This document shows positions 13,964 through 27,046 of a stretch of 64,000 nucleotides of DNA, one piece after another. The stretch's first letter is position 1; the number at the start of each line of letters is the position of its first letter. Source of the DNA: Heterodontus francisci (lineage: Eukaryota); assembly GCF_036365525.1 (NCBI RefSeq), contig NC_090421.1:6576725-6640724 (forward strand), given 5' to 3'. Made by a program: the position numbers and the translations under genes. The notes beneath the pieces were generated by a model that was not told the DNA's origin, searched no databases, and was given only the letters and a program-made list of their open reading frames with translations.

Positions 13964-14605
13964 CTACTGTTGAGAAAGAAATTACAACTCAACTTTTTTT
14001 TAGGAGGATTTAAAACTACCTGCAACATCCTTGATTGCAAGCAGAAACAAACACTCTAGTTTTTCACTACACCTTGCCTCTGAACTAGTACTTCAATCAT
14101 ACTCCATCTTCACATTCACTAAAGGACTATGTGCTTTGTTGTTTTACAGTTAAACATCCAAGTTTAAAAAGCTAACATTTTATAAATTCAGGTTTAAAAA
14201 AAATATACAACTTCTAAATGTTGTTCCCATTTTTAAACATGCAATCTCTACTCAGTTAAGATAATGGGAACTGAAAGCATAGAAAAGTAGCATTTCCTGA
14301 CATAACTGCCCCCTTATTGCTGGTCTCCATATTTTTAATAAAATTATATTGACCCAGTAAAAATTCATTTGGAGACCTATTACAGGGAAGAAAATGCATG
14401 TTTTTGCACAATGTGCTAGAATCACGCTGACAATTAGCTATGTCTTCCACTTTGTATTGTGTTTAAATAGTGGAGTAATTTTACTGTGCTAGGCAGTAAA
14501 GCTTTACACTCATGGAGCAGAAGACCTAAAGAAGGGCAAAGAGCTTTCAAGAAAATGAGTAGAATTTAAAAAAAAAAGAAACAGGTGGTAGTTGTGAATA
14601 AAAAC

Positions 14606-14687
14606 CTTAGCTCCTCATTCTGGTTGTGCGGTGGTGTGGGCAAGGAAGCCAACATATCCATGTTCTTCAATTCTGTTGTCAGCAGAT
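14606..14687 (-). CDS. KMT2D: KMT2D exon (exon 43 equivalent), 82 bp
   Basis: gtttcag|AT CTG... encodes DLLTTELKNMDMLASLPTPPHNQNEELR; donor AG|gttttt (weak). Confidence 0.9.
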
Positions 14688-15754
14688 CTGAAACAACGTA
14701 GAACAAAGACAGTATTACACCACAACGTGTTATATATAAAGCAAGTGAAAAACTTACAGAACAATCATTTTTCAAACTAAACCTGTGACGCACATACCAT
14801 ACTACTTACGTCAGAAATTAAGTTCAACATGACGATATGGTGGATTCCACTGAAGACCAACTGTGATCTTCATGTTCAAAGACATTTCAGTTTCATTGCA
14901 AATTATTTACTATAAGCAGCATATATATATTACATTTCCAGTTTAAGATCAACCTCTAAGTAGAATTTCGGTCCAGGGACACGTCCAAATTAATAGATCG
15001 TCTTTCTTTCAAAACCAGATTGGTTTATTAACAGCTTTGCACGAAGTTTCAGAAATTTAAAGGTAATATTGGGGGAAATCTTGCGCAAATACTTTGTACA
15101 TTATTAAGTTCTCAAAACAGACGGGACCTCCCAATTAAAGATCTCTAAACCATTAACGAGTCACAGCCATTTCAGGAAAGACGACACAAACTACTGGCTG
15201 GTCAAGAGAAAGGCAGTACAGAAGAACTGACTTGGTGCTGTTTGTACATTTACAGGCTTTTCAGGTGCCAAGACTCTTCCTGTAAGTAAATAAACTCCCG
15301 GGGCTTTGCTCATTGGTAGTGCAGAACTTGGAAGCAGGGTGCTCGGCAGTAGTTGCCTCTCTCAAGGACAATGCTGCAGTTCACAACAAATGGAGGATTA
15401 GTTTTTCATGATTGTCGTGGTCCTGCAAGGATACCATGACTTGACTAGAGTGCCAGAGGTGCTATCGGTCAGACTTTCAGAAACATTGCCTCTCAGGTGT
15501 GCACAGCAGTAATACCTGCTTTGTGGAAGTGGAATTTTGTCACTTTCATTCGTGCTTATTTTGTGCTTTGCATAGCAATGCAACTATTCCAAATGTGCAC
15601 CTGTGATATCTTGTGGTGGAACATCCAAACCACCTTTTGTTCATTATAGTCTTCGTGATATCATACAAAATTAAAACTGTGCACTTGTGCATAGTAAGAA
15701 GAGCTATAGGTTTGCCTCAAAAATCATATTTAAAATATTTTAACAAAATAACCT

Positions 15755-16092
15755 CATAAGATCATAAGAAATAGGAGCAGGCCATTCGCCCCCTCAAGCC
15801 TGCTCCGCCATTCAAAGAAGATCATGGCTGATCTGATTTTGGCTTCAAGTCCACTAGCCTGCCTGCCCCCCATAACCCTAGACTCCCTTGTCGATCAAAA
15901 ATTTGTTCAACTCAGCCTTGAATATATTCAATGGCCCAACCGCCACTGCTCTCTGGGGAAGAGAATTCCAAAGATTAATGACCCTCAGAGAAGAAATTTC
16001 TCCTCATCGCCATCTTAAAAGGGAGACCCCTTATTTTGAAACTGTGCTCCCTAGTTCTAGATTCATGAGGGGAAACATCCTCTCAGCATCTG
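15755..16092 (-). mobile_element. CR1 3' fragment
   Basis: Reverse-complement CR1 tail cataagaaataggagcaggccattcg... Confidence 0.85.
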
Positions 16093-16274
16093 CAAGATTT
16101 ATCTTTAAAAAAAAAATAGATAAAATCAGCTTTTAGGAAGGGTCTTTTTTCCAGAGCCCTGCTCTATTGTATTTCCCCAGAGTTCATACTTGTTGATATT
16201 AAAATGATCAAAACCTTTGTCGAAGTGTGTTCCAGCACCCTGCGTATGCCCCAAAGCATATTCTGAATAGGTGG

Positions 16275-16870
16275 GCATAACAGAACAGGAGTAAGCCATT
16301 CAGCCCCTCAAGCTTTTTAATTAGATAATGGTTGATTTGCATCTTAACTCCAGTTACCAACCTTGATTCCATATCCCTTAACTAACAAAAATATTTCAGT
16401 TTTGACATTTTCAATTGACCTAGTTGCAGCAATTTCTTTGTGGAGTTCCAGGTTTCTGCTACCCTTTGCGTGCTGAACTGCTTCCTGATGTTACCTCTGA
16501 ACAGCTAGCTCTTATTTTAAAGTTATGCACTTTGTCCGGCTGCCTTTCCAGATGAAATAGTTTCTATCTACTCCTTTAATCATCTTAAGCACCTCAATTA
16601 GATCACTCCTTAATCTTCTATACTAAAGACCATAAGAAATAGGAGTAGACCATACGGCCCCTCGAGCCTGCTCCAAAGGTAATACAAGCTGAGTCTATGC
16701 AACCTGCCCTTATAATTTAACCTTTTTGGCTCAGCAGTATCATTCAGGTGAATTTGTGCTGCACCCTCTCCAAGGTCAATATATTCTTCCTGCGCTGCAG
16801 TGCCCAGAACTGAACACACTCCTCCAGATATGGTCCAACCAGAATTCTACTCAACTGTAGCATAACTTCC
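16275..16870 (-). mobile_element. Decayed CR1 3' fragments
   Basis: Two CR1 tail motifs (16275, 16630) and RT C-terminal remnants. Confidence 0.7.
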
Positions 16871-17116
16871 TCTCCTTCGTAAAAGGGCAAGTAATTGAGA
16901 AAATATTTACATGGGATTTATAATAATTTGAAAGATTTTTTTTAAAAAACAAGGGAGAAATCAGTATGTAGTTTTTTTCCATAATTCTGTGCAGTCAGGA
17001 TACACAACACTTATGAGTTTCACTCCAGGTAGCTTTGACCTAAATCTAAAAATTCAGGGTTAGATCAAATCATTATATACTGTGCCAAATAAATATATTC
17101 CAACAAATTCTCATAC

Positions 17117-17255
17117 CCTTTTGTCCTTCGAGTTCTTTCTGCCCTTCGGTAAGCTCCTCAGAAGTGGCCAATCCGTTCACCAGCTTCTGCTGGACAGAGG
17201 GAGGAGGGGTGGGAGGCAATGAGGAAGGTGGGGTCGGTGGATTACTCAGATTGTT
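17117..17255 (-). CDS. KMT2D: KMT2D exon (exon 42 equivalent), 139 bp (NAGNAG alternative start 17258), absent from the ORF track
   Basis: ctttag|CAG|AAC AAT CTG... encodes NNLSNPPTPPSSLPPTPPPSVQQKLVNGLATSEELTEGQKELEGQK; donor G|gtatga. Confidence 0.93.
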
Positions 17256-18340
17256 CTGCTAAAGAATGACACAAGATTAATCCAATGAATATTAAAAAGG
17301 GGCAACCTTGTATTAAAGGCCATTCATTTGCAAGTATAACTTTTATTGTGAGGTATAAAGCAGCAAATACCTGCAAAATGTATTTCCACAAAAATGTACA
17401 TAACGCAACAAAACAATGGCTCACAAAATGAAGGCTGCATTGACAAATAACTTGGCCTGAAAGATTGTATTTTTAAAAACTCCCATCACCGATGTATTAA
17501 ATATTTTACCAGCAAAGACCCTCAACGTGGATAATCTTTTAGGTTTATTTTTGGGTTCAGCATCTCAGACCACTCCTATATGTGGGCCTTTACTCGCCTC
17601 ATTATGTTCCGGACAGTATTTTCACTTGCCCAGATACTTAGATAAATTAGTAGCATACTAATTGAACAGAAAATCATATTCATTTTTTGGCTTACAGGTT
17701 TTATCATATACCTACATGTGGATTCTTGATTTTGGAAGACAGCAGAATACACCATGCTCGACAGTAATTTAGGCTATAACCATCAAATTTATTAAGCAGT
17801 ACAAGAATAAGTGAAAAGCAGCAATGACAGCACAGATCTTACACAACTTAATATAATTATCTTAAGTATGTAGAAAAAAAAATTGGCTGTAACTGCTGCA
17901 TTAAACTTTGTATTCTTAATTGGTGGTTCTTTCCCTTTTCTCACCATCCAAGGAAGCTATCTGGCCTGGCTATCATTCTTTGAAACTTCAGACAGACACC
18001 CAAATTTAACCAGCAAAGGCTTAAAAATACTTTCCAGGAAATCACGGGACCAAACAAATTTAAATAACATGCCCATTGGAATTTTTTTTAAAAAGCTGCC
18101 AAACAATTATTTGAACAAATCCCACAAGACGTTTGCATTTGAATTGAATGGCTTTGCTTCTCCCTTGGACGCTTGGCTGAGACAATACAGTTAAAATCTG
18201 TAACATTTTATCAGAACAAACAAAAACATGATTTTCTGTGCGTAAAGCTGGTCTTTAACCCCTTATGCACCGTGACATAATTCAGGAAGCTAAAACTATG
18301 CTAAACCTAGACATAAATGCTTCATTTTAGACACTTTTAC

Positions 18341-18505
18341 CTTGTATAGAAGCTGTGAGTAGTAATCTGGAGCACTATCTAGCACTGCATTCCCAAATGA
18401 CCCTCTCAGCTGGTTCTTACTGTTGAATGGACCGCTCCCAAATGGAGGAAAGAGACCAAAGTTCACCTCAATGGTAGGTTCCACCAAAGGAAGGAGGGAG
18501 AGTTG
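18341..18505 (-). CDS. KMT2D: KMT2D exon (exon 41 equivalent), 165 bp
   Basis: cccccag|CAA CTC... encodes QLSLLPLVEPTIEVNFGLFPPFGSG...PDYYSQLLYK; donor AAG|gtaaaa. Confidence 0.94.
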
Positions 18506-18981
18506 CTGGGGGGGGATAAAAAAAAGACAAAATAATGGCCACTCAACAGAGAGAAATACACAGGTGACTTTCCAGGGTAAAGTCCCAGGATCGCAGGATA
18601 GATAACCTTTCCTCATTTGAGGACAAAGAGACATGGTTTAAACCCATGTCACACCCATTGTAAAGCAACAATTTGCATTTATAGTGCTGATAATATGGTA
18701 AAATATCTTAAGGCATATCACAAGAGCGTTATCAAACACTCTTCGTAGAATTATGGGATGAAAGTCTCCATTATCTGCCAACTTTAAAGGATTCTACATG
18801 AAATGACCAAGGACTGCCTCAATCCTGTTAATAATGGGCATGGAGACACAACTCAGAACTGCCTATAATTCAGCACATACTACCATTCCCAGGCAGGTCA
18901 CAAAGATAGCAACAGCACACAAAACTCCCTGACAAAAAATGTGATCTGAACCCAAACCTGACAATACCACTTTACGCCGAT

Positions 18982-20143
18982 CTTTTTTTTCTTCGTTTGT
19001 GGGATGTGGGCGTCACTGGCTAGGCCAGCATTTATTCTTTATCCCCAATTGTTCTGGAGAAGGTGGTGCTGAGCTACCTTCTTGAACTGCTGCAGTCCTT
19101 GGGGTGTAGGTGCACCCACAGTGCTGTTAGGAAGGGAGTTCCTTGATTTTGACCCAGTGACAGTGAAGGAATGGTGATATAGTTCCAAGTCAGGATGGTG
19201 TGCGGCTTGGAGGAGAATTTGCAGCTGGTGGTGTTCCCATGTATGTGCTGCCCTTGTCCTTCTAGGTGGTAGAGGTCACAGGTTTGGAAGTTGCTGTAAA
19301 AGGAGCCTTGGTGAGTTGCTGCAGTGCATCTTGTCGATGGTGCACACTGCTGCCACTGTGCGTCAGTGGTGGATGGAATGTTGAGAGTAGTGGATGGGGT
19401 GCCAATCAAGCGGGTTGCTTTGTCCTGGATGGTGTCGAGCTTCTTGAGTGTTGTTGGAGCTGCACCCATCCAGGCAAGTGGAGAGTATTCCATCACACTC
19501 CTCACTTGTGCCTTGTAGATGGTGGACAGGCTTTGGGGAGTCAGGTGGTGAGTTACTCACCACAGGATTCCTAGCCTCTGACCTGCTCTTGTAGCCATAG
19601 CATTTATGTGGCTGGTCCAGTTCAGTTTCAGGTCAATGGTAACCCCTAGGATGTTGAAAGTGGGGGATTCAGCAATGGTAATGCCACTGAATATCAAAGG
19701 AAGATGGTTAGATTCTTGTTGCCTGGCACTTGTGTGGCGCGAATGTTACTTGCCACTTATCAGTCCAAGCCTGGATGTTGTCCAGTTCTTGCTGTATCTT
19801 GACACAGGCTGTTTCAGTATCTGAGAAGGCGCGAATGGCGCTGAACATTGCACAATCAGCGAACATCCCCACTTCTGACCTTATGATGGAGGGAAGAATA
19901 TTGAGGAAGCTGAAGATGGTTGGGCCTAGGACACTACCCTGAGGAACTCCTGCAGTGATGTCCTGGGACTGAGATGATTGACCTCCAACAAGCACAACCA
20001 TCTTCCTTTGTGCTAGGTATGACTCCAACCAGCGGAGAGTTTTCCCTCCGATTCCCATTGACTCCAGTTTTGCTTGGGCTCCTTGATGCCATACGCGGTT
20101 AATGCTGCCTTGATGTCACTCAAGGGCAGTCACTCTCACCTCA
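18982..20143 (-). mobile_element. CR1-clade LINE of a second family (family B), 3' portion
   Basis: ORFs GVPQGSVLGP, MFAD, VRSVMEYSPLAW; distinct tail aataaatgctggcctagccagtgacgcccacatccc. A decayed copy lies at about 21070-21385. Confidence 0.85.
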
Positions 20144-20349
20144 CCAGAAGGATTGCTAGAGTGTGAAGGTTCAACTCAGCAAATGGATTAAGTAAGGTAA
20201 GTACAAGCTGCTGTTTAAAACAAAAAAGCATATTTGAATTCTTGCACTCCATACAAATAAGGAAATTTTCAGAATGTGACTCTATAGTACAATCTCAGTC
20301 CTGAGTTGCTAAATTATATCAAGATTTGTCTAAAAACACACAATGGTAC

Positions 20350-20502
20350 CTGTTGCAGCTGCTTCATAAGGGCATCTGTACTTTTTATTCCCTCATCTTT
20401 TTTACTCTTCTTTCGAGAGTTGGTGCCTCTGTCAGTTGCCTTTTGTGTCCTTTTCGATTTCGGGCCCAAGTTTTTCTTGCTAATTTCCTGAAATTCCTTT
20501 AT
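20350..20502 (-). CDS. KMT2D: KMT2D exon (exon 40 equivalent); acceptor uncertain (20502, 20496 or 20487, all in frame)
   Basis: Encodes ...KKNLGPKSKRTQKATDRGTNSRKKSKKDEGIKSTDALMKQLQQ (human PKPKRVQKASDRLVSSRKK...EALLKQLKQ); donor CAG|gtacca. Confidence 0.88.
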
Positions 20503-21610
20503 CTTGTACAAAAAAGGATTAAATTAAAAAAGAGGAACTATTTTTTTAATTTACATTGCCAGTCTGCTTGCACATCTTTGCAAATAAATCAGTATAAATT
20601 AGAAGTGGGCAAAATAACCCACAATATCCAAGAGTCTGACTTTGACTTTGGATTTTGATGCCTTGTGCATGCTTACAATATTTCTGTTAGATTGTTTTCA
20701 TTTTAAAGTAATTGATCCTTGGTAAAATGGCATTTCCTTCTATTGGCTAACATAAGCAAAATTATTTTAACAAAAATCACACCTCAACATTTCCTCTCAA
20801 ATATTCCAATGCACTCCAACAAAACCCACAGATATTCAAACGTATACAGATGCACTAAATGTGTAGAAATGTGAACGACTTGCAGAAGTTCATACAACAG
20901 AAGACTACTGAATGTGATCCCAAACCTGGGGAAAAAGTCAACTGCCTTGAGTGCCATTTCTACACAAATTCATTTAAAAATATTCAGAAGTTCACTATAA
21001 CTACAATTAAATGTACAACGTATGTGAAGGACTGCGATCAGATTTTTGCTTTCAAAAAAAGACAGTAAATTTTTTAAATTCATTCTTCAATGTGGTGCTA
21101 CTGGCAAGGCTGACAGTTATTGCCCAACCCAAGTTGTATAAGAAAAGGTGGTCATGGGCCTTGTTCTTGAACTGCTGTAGTCCATGTGGTGTAGGTATAC
21201 CTACAGTGTTGTTAGGGAGTTCCTGGATTTTTACCCAGCAACAGTGAAGGGACGGCTATATATTTCCAAATCAGAATGGTGCGTGACTTGGAGTGGAACT
21301 TGCAAGTGATGGCGTTCCCACACGCCCGAGTTGCTGGAGTGCATCCTGTAGATAGTATACACTGCAGCCACAGTACACTGGTAGTGGATCTTTAGGATAC
21401 CAAAAACAAAAAAAACACAGCAAGTCCATTAAACCTGCAACCTAGACATGAATTAAAACAAATTACTTCTGAAGTGCAGTAACTTGTGCAAGAGATGGGA
21501 AGGTCTATGACTTGATTTTGAGGCCAGTTTAGACCACTAAAGCATCTACTTTACAAAAGCAGACGTGGTTGCCTTGCAAATAAAGTCAAGACCCATTTGA
21601 ATATTGGCAC

Positions 21611-21739
21611 CAACGTTCCTTGCAATTTTTTTTTGCGTGCGCAGGCAATTTCTTCGAGAGAGTGGCTCCTTACAAATTTTCAGGGGCCAGCTTGCGTGCA
21701 GGGACTTTTTGGTTGCTGCACAGCCTAGAGGGAACATTG
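21611..21739. mobile_element. hAT-type MITE, same TIR family
   Basis: TIRs caacgttcct / agggaacattg; flanks attggcac / atggacac (6 of 8 match). Confidence 0.7.
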
Positions 21740-22690
21740 ATGGACACATGGTGTGGTCAAAATAGGAGCTTTAATTATTCCTGGTGGATCACAAACAGCC
21801 AAAAAAAATTAGTAAGACACATTCTACTAGTCACAAAAATCATTGGAAACCTGGGAGAAAAATCTAGGATATCAGGTAGAGGGAAATTGAAGAGAAGCTT
21901 GGAGATAAAGCATCATTTGCAAAATGTGGATGAGTCAATTAAGAACACCACCAAATTTACTGTACTCTGCACAAGCCCCATAGATCCCACTCCTCCTAGG
22001 TTAATGAGCACTGAAGAAGCTTCAACCAGATACGGCACTTTTTTTTTTAATAACACATCTTCTTGTCTGGCTCCCGAACATTCTAACCATCAGGAAAGCA
22101 GGCCAACATACTAAAAAGGCCATGACTGGCCTTGTGATCACTTCAGATCCACTTTATTGACTGCTACGTTTAGGCTAGCACAATTTCGCTGCGAGTAAGA
22201 AAGATTCCCATTGGTACGAGAATCCTCCTCCATCACAAACACGTGGATTCTTAAAATGTCTGGCTTGAAACGTCAAATTGCCTATGTTTCCCCCGATGCT
22301 GACCCACTTTTCTGTTCTCACCATTTTCTGTTTATGATTGCAGAAAAACTTTTCCATAAACACAAAATTTTGCAAACAACTAGGGAATACGCAAGAATGT
22401 GTAACATGGAAAGATCAAATTAATTTGCAAATAAATATTTTTTCTGGTGTCCTAACAACAAAATAGACTGTCAGCAAAAACTCAGGGATAGAAGCTTGAT
22501 ACACATTTGAAGCGGAGAAGCAGCATTAGATTAGCATAATTCCATTATGAGACTAAACTTGCTGCAAGTGTGCCTATGAACGTATTTTATAATTCATACA
22601 AAGTCTGATCTTTAAATGTGAAATGTTGACATGGTAAGGACAGTATACAAAGTGTGTGATGTTGCTGTAAACTATGCTTTTTTAACTCAC

Positions 22691-25600
22691 CTCTGAATTT
22701 CCAGTTGCACTTTGCAGTTTTCGATCTACCATCACAGCTTTGCTTTCAATATGACCCTTTACAGTTAAGTGCGTTCCATCTCCAGAGCGTTGCGCCACGA
22801 GCTGCAGGTTCTTAGTGCGCAACAGTTTCTGGAGAAGCAGCTGCCCAGCCTCAGACCTTGGAGCAAGAAAAGACTGATCCCCTACATTCAAGGCATTGAT
22901 AGAGTCAGTATTTGACTCATTCTTTACAGTTCCTTCTGAAAATCCACAGCGAACTGCATCAATGTTTTCCTGTTTCACTAAGTGACCTGTACCTGCTGTG
23001 TTGGTGTCTTTAGCAGAACCTTCCTGTAATTTAGAACAGCTATCCTGTCTTCCTGTGACTTTCTGTACACATTCCTCTTGCCCACTGGTCTGATTCAACA
23101 GTAATGATGCTGATCTTAGTCCAGCATATTCCTCCTTTGTTGCATGACTCGGGGGAGATATCGGGAAGTCAAATGTACAAGCTTTCTTCAAGACACTTTG
23201 TTCATGGATTCTGGCTTGCGACTCAGTAACTGAGCTTGCTTTTCCTACAGTCCCGTGTGGTTTCATTGCTAATGCATCAGACTTTGAATCAGGTATCTTT
23301 TGAGGTATAATTGAAATAGGGTCCGTCATGCAAACACTACTCTCTTTGGATTCGTGGTTTTTAAGCAACTCTGGCTGTGGCTGTATTATCGTTTCCAAAG
23401 TTTCACCTTGTAGTGACACATTTCCCAAATTGGTTTTATTCAACTCTGGACGTGGCATTTGTGAACGACTGCAATGAGCTTGGACAGACACCAATTCACT
23501 TGCTCGCCCCATGTTCTGCCTTGCTCGCTTATTTTGAATTAGATGGGCCATCTCTTGTGGCTTCCCCCCATGTTCAGCTTTCACTTGCTGAACATAGACC
23601 ATGCCTGGACGAAGGTGGCCTAAACCAATCTGTTGACCGGTTACATGAACTGAACGCAGCCCCGCATGCTGTTGCTGAAACGACTGTGAAGTCATAACGT
23701 TCTGTATCCCCTGTCTTGGATCTCCCACAGTTCCATGCTGCTGAGATGTTGCTACTCGCACCACTCCTTGCAAACTGAGATTATTATTCTGTTGTAGACC
23801 TGCTGCAGCTTGTTGTTGTACACGTCTCATTAATTGACCCTGCTGATTCATAAGCCTCTGCTGTCCTGCAACACCTTGTTGCACTGTCTGTTGCACTGAT
23901 GTCACAGGTCGTGTTTGTAAATTCTGATACATCATACCCTGAGGTTGCCCCAGTCCTATTGCACTCTTGGACAGTTGCTGCTGTCCTATCATATTCTGAG
24001 CTGGTGGCTGGTTACGGTCCTGCCCCATTATGCACTGGGGAGGCAGTAAAGACTCCTGCTCCATTACAATTTGGCCCTGCTGCTGCCCCTGCCTCACAGT
24101 GCCTGTAGGTGGTTGCTCCTGTTGCTGTTCCTGCTCCTTCTCCTGCCCCACCATACCCGATACCTGCAAGGACTGCTGCCCACCAATTGTACCTAGATTC
24201 TGCAACCGCTGTCCTTGCCCCATTGTACCTGGAGACTGTCTTTGGCCCATTAGGCTCTGCAATTGCTGCTGTCCCTGACCTTGCCCCAATATGCCCTGTG
24301 GACGTGGCTGCTGCTGTCCCTGCTCTTGACCCATCAAGGTCTGTGGCAGCTGCCCTTGTCCCATCAGACTTTGTGGTTGTCCATGCCTAACAATACCCTG
24401 AGGCTGTAACTGCCACTGTCCCATCAAGCCCTGCAGCAGCTGTTGCTGCTGCCCTTGCCTCATCCCAATCAAACCTTGAGGCTGCTGCTGTTGCTTTACG
24501 TGCCCCATCAGGCCCTGAGGTTGGGGCTGCTGTCCTACCCCCACTGGGCCCTGAGGCTGGGGCTGCTGTCCCATCCCCACAGTGCCCTGAGGCTGCTGTC
24601 CTAACCCCACTGGGCCCTGAGGCTGGACCTGCTGTCCCACCCCGACCGTGCCCTGAGGCTGGACCTGCTGTCCCACCCCGACCGTGCCCTGAGGCTGGAC
24701 CTGCTGTCCCACCCCGACCGGGCCTTGAGGCTGGACCTGCTGTCCCACCCCGACCGGGCCTTGAGGTTGCTGTCCCACCCCGACCGGGCCTTGAGGCTGG
24801 ACCTGCTGTCCCATTCCGACAGGGCCTTGCGGCTGGACCTGCTGTCCCACCCCGACCTGACCTTGAGGCTGGACCTGCTGTCCCATCCCCACTGGGCCTT
24901 GAGGCTGGACCTGCTGTCCCATCCCCACTGGGCCTTGAGGCGGGACCTGCTGTCTCATCCCCACTGTGCTCTGGGATGTTTGCGGCTGCTGTCCCATCCC
25001 CACTGCGCCCTGGGATGACTGCTGCTGCTGGGCCAACCCCACTGCACCCTGGGACGACTGCTGCTGCTGTCCCATCCCCACTGCGCCCTGGGACGACTGC
25101 TGCTGCTGTCCCATCCCCACTGCGCCCTGGGACGACTGCTGCTGCTGTCCCATCCCCACTGCGCCCTGGGACGACTGCTGCTGCTGTCCCATCCCCACTG
25201 CGCCCTGGGACGACTGCTGCTGCTGTCCCATCCCTATAGTGCCCTGGGATGACTGCTGCTGCTGTCCCATCCCCACAGTGCCCTGGGATGACTGCTGTCC
25301 GATTCCCTGTGTCGTCTGCTGTCCAATTCCTTGCCCAGCTGTGTTCTGGGGTTGGGATGGTGTTTGCTGCCCCACTATGCCTTGGGGTTGGGATGGTGGC
25401 TGTGACAGCTGTCCCATCATGCCCTGGAGTTGAGAAGGTTGCTGTTGTTGCTGTCCCATCCCCTGCCCTATTGTTCCCTGGGGCTGGGGAGAAGGCTGTG
25501 GCTGCTGTCCGATTCCCAGCGTAGAATGGGACTGATGTTCTTGTCCAATTGCACCCTGGGGCTGATGCGGCTGTCCCTGGCCCATTGTTCCCTGAGGCTG

Positions 25601-27046
25601 AGTTTGCTGCCCTTGCTCCACTGAGACCTGGGATTGATGCTGCTGCCTCATGCCCTGCCCCATCATGCCCTGGGGCTGGTGTTGCTGCTGTCCCTGTCCT
25701 ATTATGCCTGGCAGCTGGTGCCTTAGGACTTGCAGTGGAGACTGCTGCCCCATTATGCCTTGTGTTGCTAGGTGCTGGCCCAAAACGTCTGGAGATTGCT
25801 GCCTCATTATACCCTGCACTCGAGTTTGATGTCCCATTGTGCTTTGCAGTTGGCCTTGGAAGGGTGTGGCAAGTCTCAGGATATTGTTCTGCCTGATAAC
25901 ACTTTGTGGGTGGAGTTGTCCTGATACTGCTTGAAGGTGATGCTGTTGCAGTTGTGTCATTGTTCCCAATTGCTGACTCTGAGAAACAACCCCTTGCTGA
26001 TGCCCTATGAGCCCTTGCTGTTGCAATGGAGCACTGGATGCCTGTTGCTGTAAAACCAGATTCTGTTGCTGCTGTTGAGAAGTCAGGACTTGCTGTTGAC
26101 CTGCAAGACCTTGCTGGTGTGCCAACTGCTGGGCCATAAGTCCTTGCTGGGGCCGCGGAGGTTTTGGCTGACTTGCAAAACCCTGTTGGTGGGATTGCTG
26201 ATGTCCAAGGAGGCCTTGCTGTTGACCAACTGCAATCTGTTGTTGACTCATCAGCCTTAAATGCTGCTGCTGAGGTGCCAGACTCTGCTGGTGCTGCGTT
26301 GCTGGCTGTTGCTGCGTCTGAGCCATGTTGCTGTGCTGTTGGGATAGTTGCTGCCCTGCAAGAACTTGTTGTTGAGCAGGTTGGTGTTGTGACTGGACAA
26401 CAATCCCCTGCTGTTGTCCAATGAAGCCTTGCTGCTGTTGACCCATGATACTCTGCTGTGTTGGTTTGTTACCCACAATACTTTGCTGAGTTGTTGGCTG
26501 AAGCTGTCCAATGATACTTTGTTGCTGTAACTTTCCCATGATGCTTTGCTGCTGAGATGGCCCGACAAGTCCTTGCTGTTGAATAAGTTGCATTCTTTGT
26601 TGCAGTTGAAGCTGTCTCTCCTGCAGAAGTCTGTTTTCATTTGTAAGTGTTTGAGCAGCAGAATTTCCAGGAAAAAAACTAGTTGAGGGTGCAGACGAAA
26701 CAGTTCCTGAGGCAGAGGGATATTCTTGTTGTTGGGTCACAGCTGAGGTCAAGAATGTTGGTCCCTGTTGCACTGGTAGTGTAGCCCCAATCTGTGGCAT
26801 TCTTATATTTCCTGTGTGTCCTATTAGTGTATTTGGTTGCTGAGCTATTGCTTGAGATCCAAGGATTGCCCCTCCTTGCTGGGCTAATGCTGCTGATAAC
26901 ATGGGTGTTGAAAGTTTGGGCATTACTCTAGGATTCTGGGATGAGGTTGTTGCCATCATCCCTGACGGAGATAGAGAACATTTCTGTTGCTGTTTATTCC
27001 GATATTCTGTCATAAGGTTTGTATGCTCCTTTTGCTGTTTACGGAC
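22691..27046 (-). CDS. KMT2D: KMT2D giant Q-rich exon (exon 39 equivalent), 4356 bp / 1452 codons
   Basis: ttttag|GTC CGT AAA = VRKQQKEHTNLMTEYRNKQQQ; uninterrupted ORF; C-terminal SEAGQLLLQKLLRTKN motif; donor GAG|gtgagt. Confidence 0.95.
24512..24968 (-). repeat. Coding tandem repeat, 36-bp units with 30-bp variants (GPVGVGQQVQPQ)
   Basis: About 13 near-identical units of ggccttgaggctggacctgctgtcccaccccgacc-type sequence inside the giant exon. Confidence 0.93.
24969..25300 (-). repeat. Coding tandem repeat, 39-bp units (GAVGMGQQQQSSQ)
   Basis: ccctgggacgactgctgctgctgtcccatccccactgcg-type units at 25008, 25047, 25086, 25125, 25164, 25203, 25242; central units are identical. Confidence 0.95.

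Noticed and set aside
24512-25300. Regular 36-39 bp repeats as a CRISPR-like array
   Set aside because: Units are head-to-tail with no unique spacers, lie in frame in a eukaryotic exon, and there are no cas genes.
24966-25433. Plus-strand Cys-rich repeat ORF (CCCCPIPTAPWDD)n resembling a keratin-associated protein or metallothionein
   Set aside because: It is the antisense shadow of CAG-rich KMT2D repeats, starts at a non-ATG codon, and has no independent gene signals.
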